The position numbers were made by a program, and so were the translations under genes. Below the pieces are notes generated by a model. It saw nothing but the letters and a program-made list of their open reading frames with translations. It did not search any database and was not told the origin of the DNA. Of a stretch of DNA of 64,000 bases, positions 35,165 through 43,898 are shown in pieces. The first letter of the stretch is position 1. Every line of letters starts with the position of its first letter. The DNA comes from a virus. Lineage: Duplodnaviria; Heunggongvirae; Uroviricota; Caudoviricetes. The stretch lies in IMG/VR virus record IMGVR_UViG_3300028895_001083; one strand, 5' to 3'.

Positions 35165-36676
35165 ATGACAAATTCGACGGAAGAGCTGGCCTCTGACGAT
35201 TACGTCGTCGTCATTGGTCCCGTCATTGTCGATCGCTACTTCGTGGGCAAACCCAGACGACTTGACCGTACGGCGCCGGTGCCTCTAATCGGCGTCACGG
35301 GACAGTTCTGGGCGCCCGGTGGCGGCGGCAATGCCGCAAACTGCTTGGCCCATCTGGCCCTCCCAACGACGTTCGTCGGCATGGTCGGAGACGACGACGC
35401 CGGCGAAGAGTATCTCAAGGCACCGATGCCTCCCAACCTGCAGCTGAAGGTTGGCAAATACGCTAACTACAGCACCCCCGTAAAAACCCGCGTCTATGCC
35501 AACAATCGCCTTGTAGCACGGTTTGACGCGGACGATCCTTACACAGGGTCGTTCGAGTCTACGACTGCGTCCTTATTTTTTAGCGCTGTGGCAGAGAAGC
35601 CGCCTTTGGCGATACTTATCAGCGACTACAACAAGGGGGTGTGCACGCCCGACATCATCGGGTCCGTGCTGCTCTACGGCGAGGATCACAACGTCCCCGT
35701 GATCGTGGACCCTGATCCGGCGCACACAGAGAGCTATCAGGGCGCTACGCTACTCACGCCGAACGCCGACGAGGCAATGCGGATGGCAGCGGCCTGCGGG
35801 TATGCAGATCGCGCAACCGATCCGGTCGAAGCAGCTGACTTCCTGGCCAACAAGTTCGATTGTGACGTCCTCGTCACGCTCGGCAGCCACGGAATGGTGC
35901 TGGTTCCGCCCCACGGGCAGGAACGGTTCCCGCTGCAAGCGCTGCCCGCCGCTGCGATCGATACGTGCGGTTGCGGAGATGCTGTGGCGTCGGCGATGAC
36001 CTACGGGATTGCCACCGGAATGAACGCACGCACGGCTACGCGCTTTGCAAACGTGTCCGGTTCGCTATGCTGCGAGATCATTGGTGCTATGCCCATCCCG
36101 CTGCACCGCCTCAACCAACGCGTGACGCTGTCGCTCGGGCTCGATCGAAAGGTCGTGACCCTCGACGAGCTGCGTCTCCTGCGGCAATCCGTCGCCGTCG
36201 CCGGCGAAATCTTCGGGGTTGCCAACGGCGTGTTCGACGGCGTCCACGACGGGCACACCTCGCTGCTACGGCAGGCCAGGGAGCATTGTGACTTCCTGGC
36301 GGTGCTCGTGAACACTGACGAATCGGCGGAGCGCATCAAGCGCCGACCGCAACACAGTCAGATAGCCCGTTCGCTCAGCCTGGCGGCGCATCCGTTGGTG
36401 GATGCGGTGCTGCTGTTCGACGGCGATAACGCAGTACCAGAGTATCAGGCGTTGCAGCCCGATATCATGGTAAAAGGGCCGGACTACAAGGATAGGGAAG
36501 ACCTGCTACCGGAAGCTGCGGTGCTGCCTGAATGGGGCGGCGAGCTGCGGTTGGCCGAGCTAGAGGTCGACGTCAGTAGTACCCAACTGCGGGAAGAAGA
36601 TGAGGCCCTCAAAGAGAGCACTGCGCCAGGAGAGACTGAAGACAGCGCTGGAGGAGCTGGAGACGCTGCGGACTGA
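35165..36676 (+). CDS. Bifunctional sugar kinase / nucleotidyltransferase (HldE/RfaE-like)
   Basis: N-terminal ribokinase/pfkB motifs GGGGNAANCLAHLA and DTCGCGDAVASA. C-terminal cytidylyl/adenylyl-transferase motif GVFDGVHDGH (the (H/T)xGH family). Confidence 0.7.
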   Translation: MTNSTEELASDDYVVVIGPVIVDRYFVGKPRRLDRTAPVPLIGVTGQFWAPGGGGNAANCLAHLALPTTFVGMVGDDDAGEEYLKAPMPPNLQLKVGKYANYSTPVKTRVYANNRLVARFDADDPYTGSFESTTASLFFSAVAEKPPLAILISDYNKGVCTPDIIGSVLLYGEDHNVPVIVDPDPAHTESYQGATLLTPNADEAMRMAAACGYADRATDPVEAADFLANKFDCDVLVTLGSHGMVLVPPHGQERFPLQALPAAAIDTCGCGDAVASAMTYGIATGMNARTATRFANVSGSLCCEIIGAMPIPLHRLNQRVTLSLGLDRKVVTLDELRLLRQSVAVAGEIFGVANGVFDGVHDGHTSLLRQAREHCDFLAVLVNTDESAERIKRRPQHSQIARSLSLAAHPLVDAVLLFDGDNAVPEYQALQPDIMVKGPDYKDREDLLPEAAVLPEWGGELRLAELEVDVSSTQLREEDEALKESTAPGETEDSAGGAGDAAD

Positions 36677-36905
36677 ACTCGCCTTCGACGAGATCACCGT
36701 AACGCTCAGCGACTTCCAACGACACTGGCAGTTCAAATATGGCGACAAGCATTTGGCGGACTGGTGGCCAGCTTCTGCGAAGGGACAGCTCACAGGGTCA
36801 CAAGACTCCGTCGACTGTGTGAGCACGTCTCAAGCGCAGAAGCTGGCCATCGCCGCTAAGAAGAAGCTGTTTACCGAGATTCGGCAGGCGCTTCAGCAGA
36901 GGTGA
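36600..36905 (+). CDS. Hypothetical protein
   Basis: High GC3 in this frame where it overlaps the low-GC3 tail of the HldE-like ORF. Confidence 0.5.
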   Translation: MRPSKRALRQERLKTALEELETLRTELAFDEITVTLSDFQRHWQFKYGDKHLADWWPASAKGQLTGSQDSVDCVSTSQAQKLAIAAKKKLFTEIRQALQQR

Positions 36906-37044
36906 GCTCCTCTCGCAGGATTTGTACATCCGGCGGGGCGTCGACACCGAGGCGGATCCGATCACGACCAGTGCGGATGACCGTGACGGTGATGTCGTCG
37001 CCAATCTTGATCTGCTCACCTTCTTTGCGGGACAGGACCAACAT
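36871..37044 (-). CDS. csrA: Carbon storage regulator CsrA/RsmA homolog
   Basis: 57 aa, MLVLSRKEGEQIKIGDDITVTVIRTGRDRIRLGVDAPPDVQILREEL. This nearly co-linear alignment to CsrA ([48 protein letters not shown]) was done by eye. AAGGAGG SD. Confidence 0.8.
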   Translation of the reverse strand: MLVLSRKEGEQIKIGDDITVTVIRTGRDRIRLGVDAPPDVQILREELTSAEAPAESR

Positions 37045-37113
37045 GGTAGACCTCCTTGTGCTTGCAGTAACAATACGCCCAGTTTATCACCTTCGGACCC
37101 CCGGAGCAACCAA

Positions 37114-37488
37114 ATGGGACAATTTCACTTCATGCAGATGTACAACGACGCCGCGGCGCGCGACTGCGCTGCCATGCCGCAGGCGTTGCTGATGATCGGA
37201 GCCGTTACGGCGGCTGAAAAGGACGCACGCGGGATGGGATATTGGGATGACCTGACCATCGACGTGCTGTTCGAGAAGGCTCGCAGGCTTGTTGACCTGA
37301 GGGACTGTTTTTCGGAACGACTAAAGCTTATGCTATTGGATGGTGAAATCCTCGTCTTAGTCCGGGACCCTGTAGATGGACGCGTCCATCGGCTCCGAGA
37401 CACCGACGTGATCGATTTCGATGACCCGATAGTAGGCCCGGAGCAGTTCTTTACATTGGCTGAAAAGCTGATCGAGCACTCGGCCTGA
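37114..37488 (+). CDS. Hypothetical protein
   Basis: ATG with a GGAG SD. The upstream part of the long ORF is antisense to csrA and was discarded. Confidence 0.5.
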   Translation: MGQFHFMQMYNDAAARDCAAMPQALLMIGAVTAAEKDARGMGYWDDLTIDVLFEKARRLVDLRDCFSERLKLMLLDGEILVLVRDPVDGRVHRLRDTDVIDFDDPIVGPEQFFTLAEKLIEHSA

Positions 37489-37491
37489 ATC

Positions 37492-37507
37492 TTATTCAGG
37501 AGAATAA
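37492..37507 (+). promoter_or_regulatory. Palindrome-family site 4 (TTATTCaggaGAATAA)
   Basis: Perfect copy ending 1 nt before the ATG of the SbcD-like gene (37509). Confidence 0.55.
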
Positions 37508-37508
37508 A

Positions 37509-38726
37509 ATGGCAGCGAGACCGCTAGCACTGGTATCGGCTGACTGGCATCTTCGTAAGTACGACCGCGTGTGGTACCGACGTGACACGCTGCGCGGCGA
37601 CGCCGCGTGGGGCGTCCGACAGGTATGCGACATTGCGGCCGAGCAAATGCCTGATTGTCTGATCCTGCTGGGCGACCTGTTCGACCAGCGGCTGCAGCAG
37701 TCAGATTCTCTGATGCTCATGCGACGAGCTATGGCTGATTTCCAGGAGAACAATATCCAAGTGCAGTTCATTCAAGGACAGCACGAGCGGTCTTCACCGA
37801 CGCTGATGAAGTCGATCCACAGCTGGTCACAGCATATCGACGAGCGGATGGTGGAGTTGGACAACGGCAACCTGCTCATGTACGGCCTGGATTATCGCAA
37901 TCCGGTCGAGGTTGAGGAGGCGCTGCGTGCCGTGCCTACAAACGCTGACATTTTGGCGACTCATCAGGTTTGGAAGGATTACCTTGGCGAGGAGCGCGGC
38001 GATGCCTGGTTCCACTGGGCGCCGACGCAGTTCATTGCCACGGGAGATTTCCACAAAGCGAAATTCGAGACGCGTGGGACGCAGAAGATCCTGTCACCGG
38101 GACCGCTCTGCATGCAGAACATCGGCGAGGATCACGAGAAGTTCGTGTTCATGCTGAACTCTGATCTCACCGTCACGCCATACAAATTGCGATCGCGCGG
38201 CTACTATGAGGCACGCCTGTACGAGGAAGCGCAACTCGAGCAATTCCTCGACGAGTGGGACGCCTCCCCGGCGAAGATCCCGCAGGTTGGCGTGCCGCCC
38301 GCCGTCGCAACAAACATCATCCGCGTTTGGTACCGTTCGGATATTCCCGACGCCAAGCCGCGGTTGGAAGGTAGGATCGGCTCATCGGCCCACCTATTTA
38401 CAACGATGATCCCTGTCGAAGACCAGGCACAGACGGTCGACGCCGAGCGGCGTGTCCAGGCTGTACTTGGTGCGGGCATGGTCGGATGCATCAACGAGTT
38501 TTACGGAGATGACCCTCGCGCATGCGCAGATGCCGTGCGGCTCTACCGTAGCAAAGACATCCAAACCGAGCTACTTTCAATCTTCAAGGAGCAAGTTAGT
38601 GTCCCTAACGGTCACCGAGAAGGAACATTTCAAGACGAGACTCCAGGAGATCCACGATCGAGCGACTGCACAACTGACGGCCGACGCGCCAGCGTGGGAG
38701 CCACGGCTCCGCAACAAGGCAGCTAA
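37509..38726 (+). CDS. sbcD: SbcD/Mre11-family nuclease
   Basis: Phosphoesterase motifs SADWH, LLGDLFD, GQHE and ATHQ. Paired with the downstream SbcC-like ATPase. Confidence 0.8.
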   Translation: MAARPLALVSADWHLRKYDRVWYRRDTLRGDAAWGVRQVCDIAAEQMPDCLILLGDLFDQRLQQSDSLMLMRRAMADFQENNIQVQFIQGQHERSSPTLMKSIHSWSQHIDERMVELDNGNLLMYGLDYRNPVEVEEALRAVPTNADILATHQVWKDYLGEERGDAWFHWAPTQFIATGDFHKAKFETRGTQKILSPGPLCMQNIGEDHEKFVFMLNSDLTVTPYKLRSRGYYEARLYEEAQLEQFLDEWDASPAKIPQVGVPPAVATNIIRVWYRSDIPDAKPRLEGRIGSSAHLFTTMIPVEDQAQTVDAERRVQAVLGAGMVGCINEFYGDDPRACADAVRLYRSKDIQTELLSIFKEQVSVPNGHREGTFQDETPGDPRSSDCTTDGRRASVGATAPQQGS

Positions 38727-39213
38727 GGTCGTCGAACAGCAGTTCGGCGTCGCGGAACTTCTGAATAAACAAATGGAAATTCGGCGTCAGCGGCGCGAGC
38801 TAGGCAGACAACTAGAGCAGCTCGACACCGAGATCTATGAGAAAATCCACGGCCTGCTGTCAGATGACGCACCCTGGGTCGAGGACGATAGGCGTTACTA
38901 CAGCCGTAACCGCCATGAACGCCAGGAATTCGCACGCTACCCGGAGAACTGCCGACAGCCAATGCGCTGCCAGCTTCAATACGAGTTCGAAAAACTCCGG
39001 GCAGAGCATCCCATTGGACGCGCTCTTGCTGAACTCAAGGACCGCGTTGACCATTACCGAGATCGCATCATTGCGTGCGCATCGCACGCAAAGATGGAGA
39101 CATTATGGGAGGAGGTTGTCGAAGAGCTGGGCAACTTCGAGCCCAGTGATCCCGACGCCCGGACTCCTAGAAAGGTGGAGACCGCCCGTGTCACACACGA
39201 TAAGAAGAAGTGA
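38599..39213 (+). CDS. Hypothetical helical protein
   Basis: GTG with an AAGGAG SD; overlaps the sbcD tail (phase +1). Confidence 0.5.
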   Translation: MSLTVTEKEHFKTRLQEIHDRATAQLTADAPAWEPRLRNKAAKVVEQQFGVAELLNKQMEIRRQRRELGRQLEQLDTEIYEKIHGLLSDDAPWVEDDRRYYSRNRHERQEFARYPENCRQPMRCQLQYEFEKLRAEHPIGRALAELKDRVDHYRDRIIACASHAKMETLWEEVVEELGNFEPSDPDARTPRKVETARVTHDKKK

Positions 39214-39226
39214 GCTGCCGCCGATA

Positions 39227-39574
39227 GTGCTTCCGAACATTATCGAGCAGGCTGTGAAGGAAACCGAGGCTGCGATGCGGGAAGCTATGGAACGCATCAA
39301 GAACATGCCGACGACACTGCTTGCCGTGGATACCGAGTCGGGGGCTATAAAAGCCGTCGACGAGTTCTCTACGGAAGCAGTGGCAGCCCGCTGTAGCCAT
39401 GAATGTCCGTGCGTTATCGGTGAAACCCATTACCGCGCACCAAATTGCCCCAATAGGAGCCCCCATGGAACATTACCCAAGCCATCTGACCCCGGCGTTG
39501 CCGATTTTCTTGGACCGAATCCGGTCGGCTGCACAATCACTCCCGGTGCACATAAGCCATCCGCCCGCGACTGA
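39227..39574 (+). CDS. Hypothetical protein (weak)
   Basis: GTG start, no SD. GC3 drops in the part that overlaps the next gene. Confidence 0.3.
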   Translation: MLPNIIEQAVKETEAAMREAMERIKNMPTTLLAVDTESGAIKAVDEFSTEAVAARCSHECPCVIGETHYRAPNCPNRSPHGTLPKPSDPGVADFLGPNPVGCTITPGAHKPSARD

Positions 39575-39668
39575 ATCCGCTGATCGGTCGTACGGAATGA
39601 CCTGTGTGCAGGCGCTCCGGATGTATGCGCCGGACCTGATCGAAGAAGGGAGGGTGATCATAGAATGA
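39465..39668 (+). CDS. Hypothetical protein
   Basis: TAGGAG SD; high GC3. Confidence 0.45.
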   Translation: MEHYPSHLTPALPIFLDRIRSAAQSLPVHISHPPATESADRSYGMTCVQALRMYAPDLIEEGRVIIE

Positions 39669-40003
39669 GTGCGGACCTCACGTTGAAGTACGCAACCACT
39701 TTCACGAGTCTTGCTAACGCTATGCGACTTGTGAAGGCGTCGCTGCTGGCCCTCAAGGATGCCAGCGATAATCTCAACGACTGGTGGGACGACCAAGACC
39801 TCGAAGGTGTGGAGGACGAGGACGAGTTCCTCGCCAAGAAAGCCGCCGAGACTTTTGGCATCCCGGAGAGCTTCGCGCTCGCCCTTGTCGACTTTTCGTT
39901 GCTTCCAGAGATCAAAGGTATGAAGGCTGCGCCGCCTGACGCCATGACGCTCGCCGAAGCGCTATCACTACTGCACCCCCTAACAAGTGAGAGCTGGCCA
40001 TGA
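39665..40003 (+). CDS. Hypothetical acidic protein
   Basis: ATGA coupling on both sides. Confidence 0.55.
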   Translation: MSADLTLKYATTFTSLANAMRLVKASLLALKDASDNLNDWWDDQDLEGVEDEDEFLAKKAAETFGIPESFALALVDFSLLPEIKGMKAAPPDAMTLAEALSLLHPLTSESWP

Positions 40004-42144
40004 TAATCCAGAAGGTCAACCTTCGACATTTCTGCCAGCACATCCAGGAAGAATTCACGCTGTCGCCTGGGCTCAACATGATCGTTGGGCCCAACGGCAG
40101 CGGGAAGACCAACCTCCTGCGTGCTACGCAGTTTCTCGTCACGGGGGACTCGGGCGGCAATCGCCCCAAGGCGGACGACGTCTACCAAGGCGTGTTCGGC
40201 TCAAACGAGGAGTCCTTTGTGAGCGGCCAGCTGTTGCACGAGGGAACAGTCATTACCCTCAAGCGTGCGCTCCAGCCGGCGACAGCCAATCTCATGGAGA
40301 TCGGCGACGAGACCTGGACGTCTGTCAATGCCATCAACAGCGAGCTGTTCCGACGGCTGGGCACGACGAAGAAGCAGATCCACGACTACATCTTCGTCCG
40401 CCAACGCGGCATCGACGAGATGTTCGACCAAAAGCCCGCCGAGCGGGCCGCATCGCTGGCATCCCTCTTCGGCCTCGACAAGGCTGAGAAGATCTGGAAG
40501 CAGACCGGCGACTTCCTCAAAACGATCGAGGTGCCGACCACGACGTTGAGTCTGGATGAGCTGAACGCGCAGCACGCTGACATACAGGTGCAGATCACCG
40601 AGCTCAACAACCAGTTCGCGGCGCTCCATCTACCACTCGACGGCGACGCCAAGCTTGCGGAACATCAAACCGTGATCGACGGCTGTAAGCAGCGTGAGAT
40701 GCTGATGAACAAGCAGGCGGTCCTGGAGAAGACGCGTGAAGAGACGCTCGCTTCTGCCAAGGCTGCGATGTCGTACCGGCAACAGTTGCAGACAGAGGCT
40801 ACGCTGCTGGAGAACGCTATGGCCGCCGTCAGCGTCGAAGCCAATGACGCGCACGGCGAGCTGGCACGTTGGGACGCGTACGATAAGTCGCTGACAGCGC
40901 GCGAGCAGTTCGTCGCCGACGAGCTGGCTTTTCGTACCAAGTGGCCGAGTCATCCGAAGCAGCCGCGCGAGGTCGCACCGCTCGGTGAGGACCTTGTCGA
41001 GGCGTTGAAGGGCTATCGTGCAGTGCGTAACAGTCTCACCAACAGCATCAAAGGCCTGGAGGATGAGGACGACAACTGTCCGACGTGTGGCCAGCCACTG
41101 CCCGAGGCCGACCAGGCCACGGCACGCTTGCAGGAGCTGCACGATCAGCTGCGTGAGTGCGAGATGGAACGACAGCCGCTCGAGGAACAGCAACGTGCGT
41201 ACGATCAGTACTGCGCCGAGCTGTTACACTGGCAACGGCAGTGCGAGGAGATGGATAAAGAGCAGGAAGCCTTGGAGCAACGCAAAGAGGCCCTGCAGCT
41301 GGTTGAGCAACCACGCAGCGCGCGTGACGCTCTCCAGGCCGTCATCGACGAGCACACCGAGTTCTGTGCGGCGCATAAGGAGATCCAGGAGAAGCTTAAG
41401 GTGGCGCTTGCTACTGAGGCCAGCCTCGACGCGAAGCTGGACCAGCAAAACCAGACGCACTTTGAGCAGACCGCGGAGATCGACTCGCTGCATAAGTACA
41501 CGGCGGAGGCCGCTACCATTGCTCGCCAGGAGTTGCAGCAGCTGAAAGGCCGGCTGGCGCAGGCCACCGAGCTCGACAAGCAGATCGCTGTGCTGCGCGC
41601 CACGCTCGACGGCGTGGAGTCGAAGATCGACGACGTGCGGCGTGTGGAGCAAAAGAGCATCCGCACTCGGCAGGCTGTCGACCACCTGCAGCGTATCCGA
41701 GACATGTACCACCGCAACGAGGCCCCGCGCTTGGTGTCCTACACCTATATCGAGAACATGCTCGACGAGGTGAACCGAACACTGGAGCTATTCGAGGCGC
41801 CTTTCCGGGTGGAGATGGACGAGGATCTGGGCTTCATCTGCCGGTTTACCGATGGTATTCGGGTGCAGCCCGACAGTCGGCTCTCGGTCGGCGAGCGGAT
41901 CGTTCTTGCTATGGCGTTCCGCATTACAGTAAACTCTACGTTCGCAGGTCAGGTGGGTGTCCTCATTCTGGACGAGCCCACTGCCGGCCTTGACGAACAC
42001 AACCTCGGCTGTCTACCGCACGCCCTGGAACGTCTGCAGGTACTATCTGCAGAGCGTGGACTCCAGGTTTTGTTCGTCACGCACGAACCGCGGATTCAGC
42101 ACCTGTTTGACAACGTCATTACGTTACGAGCCCATGAAAACTGA
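40000..42144 (+). CDS. sbcC: SbcC/Rad50-family ATPase
   Basis: N-terminal Walker A GPNGSGKTN, long coiled coil with a central CPTCGQPL zinc hook, and a C-terminal signature/Walker B region (VLILDEPTAGLD). Confidence 0.85.
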   Translation: MIIQKVNLRHFCQHIQEEFTLSPGLNMIVGPNGSGKTNLLRATQFLVTGDSGGNRPKADDVYQGVFGSNEESFVSGQLLHEGTVITLKRALQPATANLMEIGDETWTSVNAINSELFRRLGTTKKQIHDYIFVRQRGIDEMFDQKPAERAASLASLFGLDKAEKIWKQTGDFLKTIEVPTTTLSLDELNAQHADIQVQITELNNQFAALHLPLDGDAKLAEHQTVIDGCKQREMLMNKQAVLEKTREETLASAKAAMSYRQQLQTEATLLENAMAAVSVEANDAHGELARWDAYDKSLTAREQFVADELAFRTKWPSHPKQPREVAPLGEDLVEALKGYRAVRNSLTNSIKGLEDEDDNCPTCGQPLPEADQATARLQELHDQLRECEMERQPLEEQQRAYDQYCAELLHWQRQCEEMDKEQEALEQRKEALQLVEQPRSARDALQAVIDEHTEFCAAHKEIQEKLKVALATEASLDAKLDQQNQTHFEQTAEIDSLHKYTAEAATIARQELQQLKGRLAQATELDKQIAVLRATLDGVESKIDDVRRVEQKSIRTRQAVDHLQRIRDMYHRNEAPRLVSYTYIENMLDEVNRTLELFEAPFRVEMDEDLGFICRFTDGIRVQPDSRLSVGERIVLAMAFRITVNSTFAGQVGVLILDEPTAGLDEHNLGCLPHALERLQVLSAERGLQVLFVTHEPRIQHLFDNVITLRAHEN

Positions 42145-43174
42145 TTCGCAGATCCTTAAGCTGCATGTTGCTCACAAGCAAGTGTGGTATTTGGATGGCA
42201 TGGATATAGCACGGACCGATGGCCACGCGATCGAGGACTTCCTCGATACAAGCCGGCTACAGTGCGCCGAGCGGGTCCGCCTGCTCGGTCTCCATGCCAA
42301 TGCGAGGCTCATTACGGCGTTGTACGACCGCAAGCTCAAAGGTCAGCCCTTGGAGATTGAAGTCGCATCGCCGTTGGCGTGCGCGTCTGTTGCGGAGCGT
42401 CATAACCCAGAGGCTGTGCTGTATCGCATGCGCCTCTTCGAACGCGCTCCGAGTGTCGGCGGCTTTCATACCGTCACTGAGAACGACTACCGTGCATATG
42501 CCCTCGCGGTCGAAACCATGCAGAGCGTCTTTAACAACATGCCAACAACCCAGCAGGCGTTACGACTTCTGCGTGCCCATCCAGCGTGGCGCGCAGTGTC
42601 GTTCATCCACAGCGTCAACCCCATGGCTGTCGCTGGCCTGCTCAGCTACATGCTCGATCCGCGGTGGTTCGTTGACCCGTGCTACCCGGACCGTTTGAGT
42701 AAGCTGTACATGAGTCTCGGGCTGCATCCAAAGACGCAGGCTGGGGTGACGTTGGGCGGTGCGCAGCACCGTAACCACAAACGCTGTGCGCTGGTACTGC
42801 GTTGCTGGAAAGACAGAACACGTGAGGGCGAGGTGCGCAGCAAGTTCGAAGTCACCGCGCCTGTCGCCGTGACAGGCAGCTCCGAACTCGGGCTCGCACC
42901 GTATGACTTCTCGTGGCGTCAGTGGGGATTGCACATGGGTATCGGCATGGACACCGACATCGAACCCAATCCTGTCAAGGCGGATCTGCGTGCGTCACAA
43001 CGCTTCGTGGCCTTCCTGAGGCATACGTGGCTGGATGCGCTTTATCGCGATTCGAGTGCCTTGCCAGGCGTCAATACCGAACTGTTCCGACCCGGCGATT
43101 TCTTCAAGCAACACAAGGAGATCATCGCTTACCAACAGCACGTGGAAGCGACCGAAGGAGACAGTTACTGCTGA
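42134..43174 (+). CDS. Hypothetical protein
   Basis: ATG overlaps the sbcC end by 11 nt; 346 aa. Confidence 0.55.
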   Translation: MKTDSQILKLHVAHKQVWYLDGMDIARTDGHAIEDFLDTSRLQCAERVRLLGLHANARLITALYDRKLKGQPLEIEVASPLACASVAERHNPEAVLYRMRLFERAPSVGGFHTVTENDYRAYALAVETMQSVFNNMPTTQQALRLLRAHPAWRAVSFIHSVNPMAVAGLLSYMLDPRWFVDPCYPDRLSKLYMSLGLHPKTQAGVTLGGAQHRNHKRCALVLRCWKDRTREGEVRSKFEVTAPVAVTGSSELGLAPYDFSWRQWGLHMGIGMDTDIEPNPVKADLRASQRFVAFLRHTWLDALYRDSSALPGVNTELFRPGDFFKQHKEIIAYQQHVEATEGDSYC

Positions 43175-43243
43175 CCGTATCTAGTGGTGTTGAAGTTTCT
43201 GACCACAAAATATGGGATTGTCAAAACTGCCGGTGTTTATCCG

Positions 43244-43272
43244 TTGACAGGCTCAACAACGGCAGGTAGTAT
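43244..43272 (+). promoter_or_regulatory. Sigma70-like promoter (TTGACA-N17-TAGTAT)
   Basis: Perfect -35 with 17-bp spacer. The -10 keeps the invariant A2/T6. Lies upstream of the AAAGGAAG SD and GTG at 43304. Confidence 0.5.
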
Positions 43273-43303
43273 GCATACTGCCAACGGGCAAAAGGAAGTT
43301 CCC

Positions 43304-43756
43304 GTGATCGAAGTAAGGATACAGCTGCGGTTCAATCAGCACTCACTCGGAGACCGCCGAACTAAGCAGCTCAACCAGATGCTGCGCGACCCTGACGGCC
43401 GTGTAATGTTCATGCCGACCTGGTGGAAGGCATTGATGCGTTATGCGGCTCAAGTTGTCAATAGACACCACGATGCTGTCAAAGACATCGACTGGGCGCC
43501 CGTCATCGAGGGAACTCCAAGGGAGTACAAACGATTCTACGCCCCGCAGAAGTTCACACTTCACGAGGCGTTCTTTCCAGGGGACGAGATCATCGTACAC
43601 GCAGTGCTGCCGACGGAACTTCCTATCGACGACTTCAAGGAGTTGCTTGAGGTGGCCGGCAAGTACAGAGGCATCAGTCCCTATCGCAAGGATCAGAAGT
43701 ACGGCACCTTTGATGTCATTGCTGTGACGCGGAGGATCAGGACAAAACCCAAGTAA
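43304..43756 (+). CDS. Hypothetical protein
   Basis: GTG with an AAAGGAAG SD, downstream of the promoter. Confidence 0.5.
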   Translation: MIEVRIQLRFNQHSLGDRRTKQLNQMLRDPDGRVMFMPTWWKALMRYAAQVVNRHHDAVKDIDWAPVIEGTPREYKRFYAPQKFTLHEAFFPGDEIIVHAVLPTELPIDDFKELLEVAGKYRGISPYRKDQKYGTFDVIAVTRRIRTKPK

Positions 43757-43763
43757 AAGAAAA

Positions 43764-43797
43764 GGCCCGCTGGTGGCACAGCGAGCCTTTTGTGTTT
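43764..43797 (+). terminator. Rho-independent terminator
   Basis: GGCCCGCTG-gtggca-CAGCGAGCC (9 bp, 1 mismatch) followed by TTTTGTGTTT. Confidence 0.6.
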
Positions 43798-43898
43798 CAC
43801 GACCTGCAGGGGCATGCGGTCATGGCGGTATGTTACTGCCAATGATAGCGGACCCTGCGCATGTGGTCAACCCCGTTGGGGGGACCAAAGGACGCAGA

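Noticed and set aside
36922-37113. N-terminal 64 codons of ORF 36922-37488
   Set aside because: This portion is antisense to the CsrA gene; the real start is the internal ATG at 37114 with a GGAG SD.
40265-41545. Several Arg/Ser-rich ORFs in alternative frames within sbcC
   Set aside because: Low-complexity shadow frames of a GC-rich coiled-coil coding region.
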